Shown here in pieces: positions 1 through 12,879 of a stretch of 64,000 bases of DNA. The notes under the pieces were generated by a model. It was not told the DNA's origin. It ran no database searches and was given only the letters and a program-made list of their open reading frames with translations. Every line of letters begins with the position of its first letter. Within the stretch, counting starts at the first letter, position 1. The position numbers and the translations under genes were made by a program. Source of the DNA: Blasia pusilla. Its lineage: Eukaryota. The stretch lies in assembly GCA_050084515.1 (NCBI GenBank), contig CM114271.1:1550001-1614000 (forward strand), written 5' to 3'.

Positions 1-2639
1 TTAGCGTGGCATAGAGAAATTGGATGTAGATGAGCAAGTATTAGTCATCTCTTCTCTTCTACCATACTCACTTTGAGTTTCTCCATTAGTAACTTTGTAC
101 CTAGCAAGATAGTCATTTATTTATACATATTTCATGATATCGTAAACCTTATGACATTGGATAGAGCTATGACTACACCATCATGATACAATATATTAGA
201 TAACCACTATATTGAAAAATAAGCATGAGTAAAATTGACATTAACAAACGGGTTTTTCAATCACACAACTTTAATTCCCTCCATTGGGTGCTATATATCC
301 AACTTCATACTTTTTAAGTGTCAATAATACATTAAGTGGGACTCTTAGAGCAACTAAGACATATGTGCTTCATCCTCCTCAAAGCATAGGTCTCTATTGG
401 AGTATAGCTTCTACTTGGATTTTAGGGTAGTATTATTAATCATGGAAGGCCACCCAAATATCTAAATATAGCCAATATCATGAATGTTTGTGATTGCCCA
501 TCAAACTAAACATTCAACCCTCCATTGTAGATATTTGGGTGAGATAAAATTCAATATATATCTCCAAACTATTTAAAGGCTAGTGCAATTTACAAACATT
601 GCTATTGGCCTCATTAACTCTAAGATTCTTTCTGCATATGTACTCTAAGAGGAGTTACTTTTTTTAGTACTTCTACTCGTAAAGAAGTGAAGCATACCTT
701 CCTTCTTATAAAAGCAAGGTTTGTTTGACAATAGTAAGTTCATATTTTTTAAGATTGGAGTGAATTTTATACATGTATGAACTTTTCTTTCTATAAGATA
801 TGACCTCCTCTAGCATCAATACAAATTTCTACTAATATTGGAGCTTCAATAATGGCCGACATGTCATGGTTAGAGGATACACAAAGTAGAGTTTAGAGAC
901 GTTTGAACCACTTGGAGATGCAACGGAGCTACCAAAACAATATTTGCATGGATCTAAGATCTTATTTAATGATGTTGTAAAGTAGAGAACATGAAAGGTA
1001 CATACTTACGGAATGCATTTCATAGGCGCTCTCATTATTTCCATTTGGAGAAGGATAGTAGCTTCATTGCACATATTGTATTCTTAATGGAATAGTAAGA
1101 GGTTACCTTTGTATATTTGTGTATAGCTCATCTCCTAGTATCAATCGTCTTCCCCTATAGTAACAACCTTTGTCTATGAACACTCTTTCCATACTTAAGG
1201 CCAACCACACTTACATGTCAAAATCAAAACACATTGCACAATGGACATAGTGTCAATATCTCACACTTATCGCTACTCAATTTAAATGCTCTTTAAGGTA
1301 GTTAGTTGCTTGTATAACTCGGAATGCAACCCTGAAACATAGGTATGTAGGGTCTATATATCAAGCAACATACTAGCGCATTTCATGCACGCTTATTTAG
1401 GCACAATCTTCTAATTATACTATTGTAATCAAACACAAGAATAACTTTTAACAAAATGTTCAAAACAATCACTCCAAGAAATTGTCACTTCATGATTTTG
1501 ATATTGATGAAGCGCATCTTAGGCAACATATTTTTTCCCCCTAATTTATATCTATTATTATAGAGACATGCTCTCAACAACCAATATGCGGCCACTTTTC
1601 AGGGTTTTGAGTTTTAGAACAATCGGGACTAACACGGCAGGAGGGATAACCAAATTCTTTAACACGGCGAGAATGGATACTATTATGTATTAATGAGAGA
1701 ATTTATAGTAGCACAGATGTAAGCATCCGTGTTACTCTTATCCTATGGTAGAAAACGTGCAGAGTAACTTGCATTCTGCAAGCTCTGCACTTGGAGTCCA
1801 CTTCTTGTAGGGGTCGTAACAAACACCTCCCAAGTTAACTAGACCCCTTTGCCACTTAACTACTAAAAAAAGAAGGGTGTACCAATGGTACTCATAATTA
1901 CAACATCTACCGTTTCCACTTTGATTCCACTATCATTTCACCACTCACAATCTCTTGAGACACGAATTTCATAACAGACTTGTCATTCACATGCATAAGC
2001 ATCCACCGGGAGGGGATACTACAAAACTAGTGTGCGACCCTTTGAAAGGGAGGGGGGAAGAAAATAATTAATTAATATACACGTGTAGTGGATAATGTAG
2101 AGGACGAGGAAAAAAACAAAGAATACCTTTAGGGGCCGTAAAGAGGTAATGGGTAAGGGGGGAATAAATAAATATAGCGGAGGTAACCCCCTTAAGAGAG
2201 AACTCCAAATCAAATTGGGGCATAAGAGGGGTTAGAAAAGAAATAAAAAACATGAAAAACGAAAGCATCGAAAATGCCGCAGCGAAGTGAAAATCCGAGG
2301 CTTCCTCCCACGAGGCTCGCGGAATGAGGTCCGGGCCGAAGCTGTAGTCGTGAGGCTCGGCGGATACGAAGCCTTCCTGTGGCTGTGAGTGAGTGAGATC
2401 AGTTAGTTCTTTCTCCATTCCATGGCCCTTCACTTTTCCTGTGCAGTGGCCGATGTCTGCGGATCCTATTCGCGCAGTGGATAAATGGATTTTCAATTCT
2501 CTGGTCAGCAGAGCTCAGTCCTCGGCGGTGTCCTCACGTTCCCCAGGCCGCGAGAGATCGCTGTCTACTCTAGCGACTTGCGAAGCTCGAGTCTTCTCCT
2601 CCGTGTCATCAATTGAAGCGCAATTCGATTTGAAAAGAA

Positions 2640-2670
2640 AGAGAGAGAGAGACAGAGAGACAGAGAGAGA
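2640..2670 (+). repeat. (GA)n microsatellite in the 5' UTR/proximal promoter of the PGLP gene
   Basis: Imperfect GAGA run (agagagagagagacagagagacagagagaga) ~75 nt upstream of the ATG at 2744. Confidence 0.8.
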
Positions 2671-2743
2671 TTGATTGTGAGAATTAGCATTCAGAGATTG
2701 GTTTCTGAGGGTCTGAGGATTAGAGAGGAGGGAGGGGCATAAA

Positions 2744-5700
2744 ATGCAGGCCACTGGTGGAGTGTGCCTGAGCGGCGCGAGGGTGGGGGTGAATTGCGCT
2801 CATGTGTTGAGTTTGGCTAGGTCTGTTGCAACAAGAAGGAATGCGGGGTTGAGTTCGGTATTCAAAACTGGTTATCTGTACCCGCATATAGCCCACATTT
2901 CGTCGGTGGTTGGCAAGCAGTCGGCGTTGACAAAGGCGCAGAGAAGTCAGTCGTTTGAGCCAGTAAGGATGTCGTTGGACGGAAATGGGAGCACTGCTGG
3001 TAAACATCTCATCTACTCGTCGCTATCCGAGCTATTTCAGAGATGTAATAAGCATCCGGAACGCCTGGATTCTCTGGAGCAATTTCCATGCGCTGACCTC
3101 TCTTCAGTAGTTTACATGGCAATTTCCGGAGCTGTAGTAACGTTTGGTGAAGCGGAAATTGTAAGAGCTGATGGTGGACTGATTCTATGTCCAGGGAAGC
3201 CTGCCCCACGTTTGAGCGATGCGGCTCAGCTGATTTCCGGTGTGGAAACGTTCGTTTTCGACTGCGACGGTCTGTGAGAGTCTTGAGCACCGAACTTTCA
3301 ATGGACTCTTTCAAAGCGCTGTTTTCGTTACGAACGCGATTGCCCAATTACCGTTTTTTGCAATCGAGATATGATCAATCAATGCCGATGGTTGTAGCAC
3401 TTTAGAGACGGAGCGCTTGCGTCCGTCCATCTGCTCCATGTCGTAGTTCTGAGGATCACTCTGTTCCGATTGCCCATTTTTATTTGAATAATGCAGGAGT
3501 GATCTGGAAGGGAGACACACTTATAGAGGGCGTTCCTGAGACGCTCGACCTTCTTCGGTCCTTGGTAAGTCCCAGAATCCAAAGGTGCTCATTTCTCAGT
3601 CGTGGTAGTTGCAGCATATTACATGCTCAGACTATGTCAGGAACGCTTATGATCTGTGACAAGAGTTGAGCGTGCGAACATCATGACGAGTAGCTTTCGA
3701 TTGCCAATTGAGTGGACTGACATGTGTGTTGTGACTCCACAGGGCAAAAAGCTCATTTTCGTTACCAACAACTCCACAAAATCACGCAAGCAGTACGGAA
3801 AGAAATTCGAATCCCTAGGCCTGGATGTCAGTGAGGTAAATTCAGCTCAAAGTTGTGTAGAAGCTTTGAAGGAAGCTGAAAAAGTGTAGGCTGGAGCATC
3901 GCAAAATTTGTATTGGCTGTTTTTCCAGGGAATGTACAGGACTGGACACTGCAGGGCAGCTGAGCACCTTCATCACAGAAAACGTCTATTTTCTTTGATT
4001 TCTTTTTCTGAGTCAGACAACAGAAACCTAGACCAAAGTGAAGCGATGAGATGCTAGGCCTATTTCAATTATCCTTCTATGGTCTGGGATGGGAGGATTC
4101 TTCACAGTTCCGGCAGGAGATAAGAGAGCCAGAGTCTCACCATTTTACATTTTAGATCCCTTAGGACGTGCAGCACGTCTTCGGGACATCGCCAAGCACT
4201 GTATTCCTTTATCATACAGAAGACATTTTGAGCAGGAATTTGAGACTCCTTGATGCAGGAGGAGATATTTTCATCGTCGTTTGCGGCTGCCGGGTACTTG
4301 AAAGCTACCAACTTCCCTGCTGAGAAGAAGGTGAAGACTGAATGCTTATCCTGAATGAAAACCAATTCTCTCTTCTAGTTGTGTGGAAGCTCCAAACTCT
4401 GACTGACAGACAGACTTGGGTTTCTCTTTCCAGTTTTTGAGTTTGTTGATCGTTTGAGGCTGTGGATTTGCAGTCTGGATACTGGGAATATTCTACTCAT
4501 GAACTTGTCGATTCCAACAGGTCTATATCATAGGTGAGGTTGGAATTCAACTGGAGCTGGCACAAGCGGGTATTCAGTACATTGGTGGACCTGTAATTTC
4601 CTTGCTCCTCCCTTTGAACTTGATTCTTTTGCCCTTTGGGTCCCCCTTACTTCTGTCTTCACAGGCTCCTTCCATCCTTGTACGTTCAATGGATTTTTTT
4701 GTTTATTGCTGCTATCAGTTGATGAATTATCGTATACAACTAGGGTCATTGAGGTTTACTGTTCTACGGGTTGCATGATGATGACAGGAGGATGGTGACA
4801 AGAAGATAGACCTGGCACCAGGAAATTTTATGGAGCACGATCATGATGTACGTCTTTAATCTGTTTCTGGAAGATGTACTCCCTACTTGTGTGCTTGAAT
4901 GAATGCTTTTCCATGCTTGACCACAAGTAGGTCCTCTTCGGTCATTCTTCTCATGGTTCTGTGATTTCCAACTCTATCGTGGTCAGATCTTTGAAGCAAT
5001 GGTTTGAAGATGTAACCCACAAGATGTTCATTTCTTTGTTGTAGGTTGGAGCTGTTGTAGTCGGGTTTGATCGGTATATAAACTACTACAAGCTTCAGTA
5101 AGTATTTTTTGACTGCTTCCAAGGGAATCTAGGGTGGAACGTAAGCCTAGAAGTTTTGGTATTTCCTGTCAAGATGCAGAGTGATGAGTTCCTCGTCAAG
5201 ACCCCAAAAAATGGACTTTGTGACCTTATCGATCTGGAATTGTCGTTCATATGTGCATGTATGTTGGGGTTTCTGGCACTGTGTAGTAGTTTGCACTGGA
5301 AGCCATTTCTTAACTGGGAGGAGTTTTCTGTGGCTCACTTCATTGTTGTTATGTGGGTTCCAGATATGCAACTCTCTGCCTAAGAGAGAATCCTGGCTGC
5401 ATTTTTATTGCTACCAACTGTGATGCTGTAACCCATCTCACAGATGCTCAGGAATGGGCTGGTGGGGGTTCCATGGTTGGTGCGATAAAGGGATCCACCA
5501 AGAAAGAACCAACAGTTGTTGGGAAACCTTCAACTTGGATGCTGGATTATTTGGCTGACAAGTAAGTGGGCTATTGATCCAGTCGTTATATGGAGTTTCC
5601 TCCAGGACTACCCTTTGAAATGTCCGAGAAATGTCAACAAGATTGCCTGGTCTTATCTGAGGGTTTGTATGATTGAAGGACAAGAATATAGTAAATCTAC

Positions 5701-6262
5701 TCCACAAGTCCGGCATTATCATCTTGTAGTTTACTTTCATGAACACTGAAGAAGAGCAGGACTACTTGCAGAGACGTCAGGGCTTAGAAAGATGATGAAT
5801 AGTTTACATGGGTGCTCACCATCATTGAACAGGTTCAGCATCAGCAAGTCACAGATTTGTATGGTAGGAGACAGGCTGGACACCGACATTCTCTTTGGGC
5901 AGAATGGTGGATGTAAAACTCTGCTAGTTCTTTCTGGTAAGTGGGACATTTTTCATTTTCTCCAGATATCTTCTATTAGAAGAGTAACAAAACAGCACCA
6001 CATATTTATGAATGCAGCTGGAAACAGATCATGAAATTAGAGTAAAATTATACTCCAATTGTCAGATAGATTTTCAAGGGTTGATGAAGGTCTGGCTTTG
6101 TTGTATAAATACGCTCCCTTACAAAAATCTTGATCACATTTGTTTCTTACAGGAGTCACAGACCTCAAGACACTTCAAAGTCCAGAGAACTCCATTCAAC
6201 CTGATTTCTTCACCAACCAACTATCTGATCTCTTGGCTGCTAAGGAGTTGGCAACTGTATAG
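2744..6262 (+). CDS. PGLP1: Phosphoglycolate phosphatase, chloroplastic (HAD IIA family), 11 exons, ~386 aa
   Basis: Hand-spliced GT-AG exons: 2744-2999, 3195-3269, 3497-3564, 3743-3835, 4259-4330, 4521-4592, 4788-4847, 5045-5097, 5364-5561, 5833-5936, 6153-6262 (1161 nt, in frame, TAG stop). Motifs [38 protein letters not shown] and [18 protein letters not shown] match plant PGLP1. The S/A/R-rich N-terminus resembles a transit peptide. Confidence 0.95.
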
Positions 6263-7726
6263 AGTGGACTCTTTAGGGGTTAGACCCAAGTGTACATTGT
6301 ATTTATTGTGGTATTCGGTTAACTTCAATTCAACACTGGTGATGTCTACCCACTGTCTGCTCCATGCTCTTAAGTGGACTCAACGCAGAGTATTTCAGCA
6401 ACATAGTGAGATCTCAGAGTGAAATTCACAGCTCATTCTTGGTTGGTTGGAAATAGTGATCTCATCATTATTTACAGTTGTTTCAGCTGATCTATTGTAT
6501 CTTCCTGGTTGTCCCCACAATACTCCTCAGGGTTTCTTACCTGGACCTCATATGCTGATTCTTTCAGGCAACCTGGGTCACTTGCCCAAAAGAATTAGAA
6601 GAGAGCTAAGGACCTCTCTCTTGGGTGTTTGTGGAGCTTGTACCACAAGAATTGTCCATCATAGCAGGGAAATTTCCATTATGTTGGTCATATAACAGAG
6701 CATCTACCTAGACTGTTTTTTTGTGAGCTCATTTCATGTTGGATTCCATAATTGTGACAGGTGTCGAAAGGTTTCATACAACACGTGTGATGATTTTTGA
6801 TACAGGTTAGGTTTTCATCAGATGAGGCGGTCAGAAAGAGGGAAAGATTCAAATCAGATTTGTCAACAGGAAAATTTCTGGTAAAAAACACGTGATTGAA
6901 ATCCATGTTGGAAAGAGCCACTGAAAACGAGTTCGGGAAATTTTCACCCCAAAAATTGAACTCCCGACTTTATTTTGGCAAAATTTAATGTTCTCTCCAT
7001 TTTGTGAGATTCTTCCATTGTTCTTTTCTCTATCTATCCCTCCACCCTTGAACCCTATGCATAGGTTGAGCTACGAAATACTAATGGATTATAGATGCCT
7101 CTCATTACTCTTTCCGTGATTAAAGTGGTGCTCATCTCATAAAATTTAAAGAATCCTCCTTAAGGTGAGATACCCCACCTAAGAGGTTTCTTTTGGAAAA
7201 CTAGTTTAAATGAGATGTGTGGCATAAAGGAAAATTCCTGGCTTGAAAAATTGGGTCTAGAGGAAGCTTTGGCAGGATACTCACATGACAAATTTCATAA
7301 GAAAATCTACAAGAAAATTTAGATGGAATGGATATATGTATGAGATTGTAATAGAGCCCTTGTAAGGCTTCATTTTCTTGCAAGTTGTAAGGCTTTAAAA
7401 ATGAGTCCTGTTTCCTGGATTTTTTTTTCTAACCACTGAAAAACAATTTTTTTTTATGGTAACAACTTCCTAAACATCTTCTTAGTGTTCATGACAATAG
7501 CTATGACCTCATGGGAGGAGGATAACTTCTTGATTTGTAAGAGTCTCTCTGCTTGATACATGACCCTTGGACAACAAGATAATGTTTCCACAATGCGGGC
7601 AAAGAAATTTTTTTCCATGGATAGTATGATTATGAATTTGATGCATCACCTTACGAATAATTTATATGTTTTTCCGATGTTTTATCATTTATAGTGTTTG
7701 AAAAGTGTGAAGAATTTTTTCTTAAC

Positions 7727-7760
7727 ACTAGTAGTGTATAACTTGTGCCTTGCACTAGAC
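7727..7760 (-). mobile_element. Decayed Helitron-type 3' terminus
   Basis: Minus strand ends in CTAG|T, preceded ~12 nt upstream by a degenerate hairpin (plus strand cttgtgc-ctt-gcactag). Confidence 0.45.
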
Positions 7761-8130
7761 TAGACAACATGCATCCCACAAACTATAATTATATTCTCCG
7801 CATTATGTGAACAAAATTTTCTTGTTTTCCTATTATCATGTATCAAGGGGATAGGTGTTTACAAGTCAAGAAGCCAATATCCAATAATAGTATAAATAAG
7901 CGAAAAAAAAATTGTGGCCAGATTTAACTTAGGCGGAACTATGTTGTGGCCAAATTTAATATAGTTTGCACCCTCCACAAGACTAATCTTGTTGCACAAA
8001 AACTCGAGAGATTTTCTTGTTGGTCCCAAAGATTTTCTTGTTGGTCATAGTATGAGAAATGTTTTCTTGTTGCCATGTGTTAAGCATGCAAGTGTTTGCA
8101 AATGAAGAAGCCAATCTCTAATAATAGCAT

Positions 8131-8160
8131 ACTAGTGTATGTTCGTTTGATGTACGAGTT
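8131..8160 (-). mobile_element. Decayed Helitron-type 3' terminus
   Basis: Plus strand actagtgtatgttcgtttgatgtacgagt: a CTAG|T end on the minus strand with a degenerate subterminal hairpin. Confidence 0.4.
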
Positions 8161-9413
8161 TAAATAATCTATCAATAGGACTAATGTTTGATTAACTCCC
8201 AAAATTTTCAAGTGATATTTTGAATAAATTTTACATGATTCATTGGTTGAGAGATTGAAAGATCCTATTGGTTTTGTATGCTAGGTATTAAAAGGAGGAG
8301 ATTAAAAAATGAAGGGACACTCTCCAATAATAATAATAATATTAGTATGCAGATAGATTTTGCCCCCACATAAGCCCTATTTTACACACTACTATTTATT
8401 TTTCATCACACATGTCGAACACAAGAAGAGGTGGACAAATCAAGAAAAATTATCATCATGTCATGTTACTAACAATATTAGGATAATTCTAACATTATGA
8501 AGCCTTGTATAAAACAATCTTAAATTTTTTTTAATATGAAGTTAAAGAGAGTATGGATAAATTTTTTTCTTAGCATTCCATATATGAGGTTTTTTTAAAT
8601 TATTATTCTTAAATTATTCCCTATTTTAAGTTATTAAAGAGAGAAGCTATTATTGGGTTCTTAAATTAATTTTAATATTAAAAAATTATGACAAAATAGA
8701 TTCTAGAGTAAGTTTTTTTATCTCTTCTCTTTCTTGACTTTTCCCAATCTTCCTTAATAAAAGGAAATTTTGAGTTTAATCATGAGGAAATTTTAACTAT
8801 ATCTTGGAAAAAAGTTGAATATGATGGGTTAATATGAGGAGAGGGAATAGGATAACGATGGGATAAAATATTATTTAAAAAAAAGATAGCAATGAATTGA
8901 TTTTTAAGAAATGACGAGATGGGAGCAAGGTTGCACACAGACAAAGTCCGTGTCCATGGACATGTCTATGTTCGTGCAAGCGCAGGTACCTGCGCTCGCA
9001 CCAAGTCTGCCTCAGAGCCGGCCACCTAGATCTCCGATGATGGAGCCTGCGCTTGCTCGAACAAGAATTGTAACACATTTCCAAAGGTACTCGTAGTACA
9101 TGGAAGACATGGTAATTCATTGATTTTGTCCTTTCTAAAGTATCGAACCAGAATATTTGAGATCAAATTTCCATCGTTGAAAATATTCATACTTGAATAT
9201 CCAACCGATAAAGTTTTCAAATCATATTTTATATGGCTGAAAATATTTGATAAAAATAGGTAATCGTAAGTTTTTTCCATTGTTAAAATTTCGATTGATG
9301 ATTTTTTTCATTAAAATTTTTAGTTTCCATTCCCATAACCCAATACGTGACTTACAACAGTTATAGTCCCTACTAATGGCTTATTAATTTCACGTTTATC
9401 TCTTAGGCTCTTA

Positions 9414-9910
9414 CTAGTAGGATGCCCGCGTGATTTACAGGTGCAAGAGGGAATGATATGCAAGTACATATTTTGGAAAATTTAACAAATTATTTTTTAT
9501 TTCATTCAATTATTTATTTATAAACCACATTTTTGTGTACTTTTTGTCCTTATTTGAATGTCCGTCATTTCCAATTGTAATGTGGATGGAACTTCTATGG
9601 CCCACTCTAGATACTGCTACGAACAATTGACCATGTGAGAAGATGGGAATAGATGAATAAGTTTTTACTTTTTGCACTGTTGGACCTTGAGACTTATTAA
9701 TAGTTTATTGCAAAATTTAGACGAATAGGGAATTAAACCTACGTAAGTCAAAAGGAAAACTGGAGTCAGATGCGATCAATGGGATACATGGAATAAAAAA
9801 TTGATCTCCAATATGTTTCCCCATGATGATTTTTGGATGTAGAAGATGTTGCATGAAACCATGAATCACCAATCTAGTCCCATTTGCTTGTCCCTTCAAA
9901 GGACAAGTAA
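9414..9910 (-). mobile_element. Helitron 3' remnant with PIF1-type helicase C-terminus (pseudogenised)
   Basis: Minus-strand translation across frameshifts gives ANGTRLVI...FPIRLNFAI/TINKSQG...PIFSHGQLFVAVSRV (PIF1 helicase C-terminal motifs), followed by a GC-rich degenerate hairpin and a CTAG|T end at 9414. Confidence 0.88.
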
Positions 9911-10165
9911 ACAGGACTGAGTTGGTCATTATGTATAGGCAATCGTACATCAAAATATCTCTAATAAGATCTTGGATTAAAGATTCCAAAAAAATAAAGG
10001 AGTACAATTCGTTACAAGGCTACGATAGACATTACGAAAGAAATATTTGTCTCTCTCTCAAACCTCCTAGTGAGAGGCTTGGGTTATCCAAATATCAAGA
10101 GGGCCATTGCCTATTGCTTCATTGTCAATGAGAGTAGGTTCAACAAAGAGAGAATTGTAGAAAAC

Positions 10166-10255
10166 TTTAGCATAACTAAAGTTAGCGTTTAGGGTTTAAA
10201 ATAAACTAAACCCTAAACTGAAATTGCTAAAGAAGTTAACTTTAGTTATGCTAAA
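10166..10255. repeat. Short nested inverted repeat (foldback)
   Basis: Perfect 19-bp IR: tttagcataactaaagtta (10166-10184) / taactttagttatgctaaa (10237-10255). Inner 12-bp IR: gtttagggttta (10187-10198) / taaaccctaaac (10207-10218). Confidence 0.85.
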
Positions 10256-10258
10256 AAA

Positions 10259-11100
10259 TTAGCGGCTTCGCAATCGAACTAAAACCCTTGACGTACTGTC
10301 GATAGAAGTTCGCCAATCCCATGAATGCACAAACTCAACTCATATCTGTAGGGCGTGGAATGCGTGAAATAGCATCTACCTTTGTCTATTGCACACCAAG
10401 GCCCCCTGGATATATCGTATGATCCAAGTACTCAATCTGGCCATAGAAGACCTTGCACTTGCATGGATGTAGCTTCAGCCCATGTAAGTGCAATCGTCGA
10501 AATACATCCTCTAGATGTCGCTCATGCTTCTCAACCATGGCGCTAAAGACTACGATATCATCAATATAACACCTAGCAAAATGGAGACCTGCCAAGATCC
10601 TATCCATGACCCTCTGAAACTCAGCCGGGGCATTCTTTAACCCGAATGGTAAGAAGCGCCACTGGTACAAAAAATCCTTCCCGTGAGGATTGATGCCTCA
10701 AAATACCGTCTACTGCATGTCCTCCAATCTGATAGGCAGCTGATGGTATCCGACTCGCAAATCCAATGAACTGAAGACCTTTGCATGCCCAATCGCATCA
10801 AAGATCTCCTCAAGGGTGGGCATGGCATACCTATCGGACTTCGTCTGCAGATTGATAGGTCGGTAATCTCCACACATATTCCTATCCGTCCAGTTGCCAT
10901 GCACATCCTTTTGGCGGGCATGACAGTGGCATATGCATACTCTCCATGCGACATCTCCACTAGTCCTACTCCAACCAAGTCCTCGCTCCTACTCTGAATC
11001 ATAGCCCTCTCCATGTCACTGTACCTGTAGGATCGTCGGAAGATCGACGTGTCACTCGACAACTCAATGCGGATCCTTGGACCCTTCAGCGTATCCAAAT
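10259..11100 (-). pseudogene. Gypsy reverse transcriptase (frameshifts and stops)
   Basis: RMCGDYRPIN-like motif (NMCGDYRPIN), MPTLEEIFD, LDLRVGYHQL, YQWRFLPFGLKNAPAEFQRVMD, CYIDDIVVFS, GLKLHPCKC, FMGLANFYRQYVKGF. Breaks off at ~10259. Confidence 0.92.
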
Positions 11101-11499
11101 CATGCATACTAAATGCAAAACAACTCCTATAACTCCTAAGGAACTGGTGTATCCGGCACCGCTCTCCTCCTGTCAACTTAAGGCCCATATCTGGCTCCCA
11201 AGTCTCCATCGTGACTACGGTAGGACTCTCTGGCGCGGGTGTCGGTGGTTGGTGCAACCCCGTCTCAGACAATAGAACTCTCATCTCCACGTGCAGTACC
11301 CACACCACACTCGATGCTGTGGCTATCATCTCTGGCGTACCTGCAAAACATCCCAAGAAGTCCAAGGGTGACTAATCTGATCACTCTTGGGGTGTCAATC
11401 TCCTTGGATCTCGCCCCTAGCCGCTGCCTCAACCGTCTCGGTACGCATGGGGCTCACCAACGCAACATCTATGATATGTTGCATCCTCAAACGACGCTA

Positions 11500-12457
11500 A
11501 TCAGCTACTCCTAAGCTGAAAATCCATGTCAAGAAGTTCAGGTTCATCGCCTGACCCAAGACATGATGTCGTGATGCCTCTGATAGTGATGGTACTACCG
11601 TCACTTCTGTGGGGAATCCCATCGCTTGCTCTCGCTCATCGACGTTGGGCTCCACCAACCTCTATACTTGGTCATCCCAAACCAAGCCAGGTCCGGCCTC
11701 CTTGAATGCATAGGAAGTGGGGAAACTCACCAATGTGGGAAAGGCTGCACGTGGCCTGCCAATCTTGTTGACCATAGTCAACAGCGGTCGATCATCTAGC
11801 ATGTGATCGACGACTCGTATCCAATATAGAATCCACCAAAAAATCGGAGGGATGCTCCACTCTTGCATAAGCCTTCCGCAACACCTCGTGTGGTACCAAG
11901 TTGGTCCATCAAAGACGCGGGCAATGTGTTCGTAAACCCACACTCGCTGCATCTAAGAACACTGCCAAGCCGATCCATGCGCGCACTTGATGTGCACTCG
12001 TGACCATACGGGACCTCGAATCGCCCAAAATTGGCACATTCTCCAAAATGTATGCTGGAGAACGAGGTTGATGCTCATGTAAATGTCGCAAGATCCGCAT
12101 CATCTCCCAAAACAACATGGACCGAGTGTTAGCTACCCCGCTACCTCGTCCAACACTCGGTTGGCCCTGATACGGCCAACCAACAATAACCAAGCCTATG
12201 ATCCCTATCCGCTCCAAGTCTTGCGCCCCCAAAAATGAAATGTCCCTCGGTAGGGAACTCTAGTAACCCTAAATGGCGGACGGAGACAACAAGTTGGGGA
12301 AACAGAGGCGTAACAACGCCACATAGTGAAGTGAAGCACGCCTTGCAACATCATCAATCTCCACATACATGTACTGCTGCATGCGCACTCCAGCATGCAA
12401 AACAATAGCTAACCCAGTGCTGATCCCTCCAAAGAGATCCAACACCCGAATACCCAT
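11500..12457 (-). pseudogene. DNMT3-like C5-cytosine methyltransferase domain embedded in the Gypsy pol region
   Basis: Motifs I-X in canonical order: I IRVLDLFGGISTGL; II YVEIDD; III RDI; IV GWPYQG (PC changed to PY); V RSMLFWE; VI ILENV; VII DAASVG; VIII HCPRL*WTNL; IX EREQAMGFP; X RHHVLGQAM. Several stops and one frameshift near 11800. Confidence 0.9.
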
Positions 12458-12879
12458 TCTCTAGGATGCACCACACAATCGGGTGGTGTCCAAAGGGGTC
12501 AAAGTAGCACTCCTGCCTACCTGGGGTTCCTCTCACCCGTCACACTCTAGTGCAAGCATCTCGCTCCACGGGGTCTGCACATGCTCAGTGCATAAGCGTC
12601 GAAGCTCTTCAGTCGAGCCCCAAAGTGGCACCTCTCCTCCAGGGACTGATGCGGCTACCATGACACTCCTCTCCATAGAAATGTCAGGAATTGGAGTATC
12701 CTCTGCATGGACATGTCCCTCAATCAAATCACGAAGCCAAGTGATGGCAGTGCTAAATGCTGCTAAGGTCGCCATCTCTCCTGGCCGTCGTTCGATCACT
12801 GCACATGTGAATCGAATGGGTAATGAGCTAAGGCGCCCATCACCGACTGCCATCTTGGTATGTTTGATGCTGACTCCTC

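Noticed and set aside
1-1500. Possibly degenerate coding sequence on the minus strand (old TE remnant?)
   Set aside because: Many stops and no motif I can assign.
8930-9060. GC-rich patch resembling 39830-39990
   Set aside because: Probably a dispersed TE fragment; the alignment is too weak to define by eye and the ORFs there show no protein motifs.
11500-12457. Interpretation as a bacterial restriction-modification methylase, contamination, or a host DRM gene
   Set aside because: It lies inside a Gypsy pol region in intron-rich plant DNA, has no partner nuclease, and has non-permuted DNMT3-like motif order.
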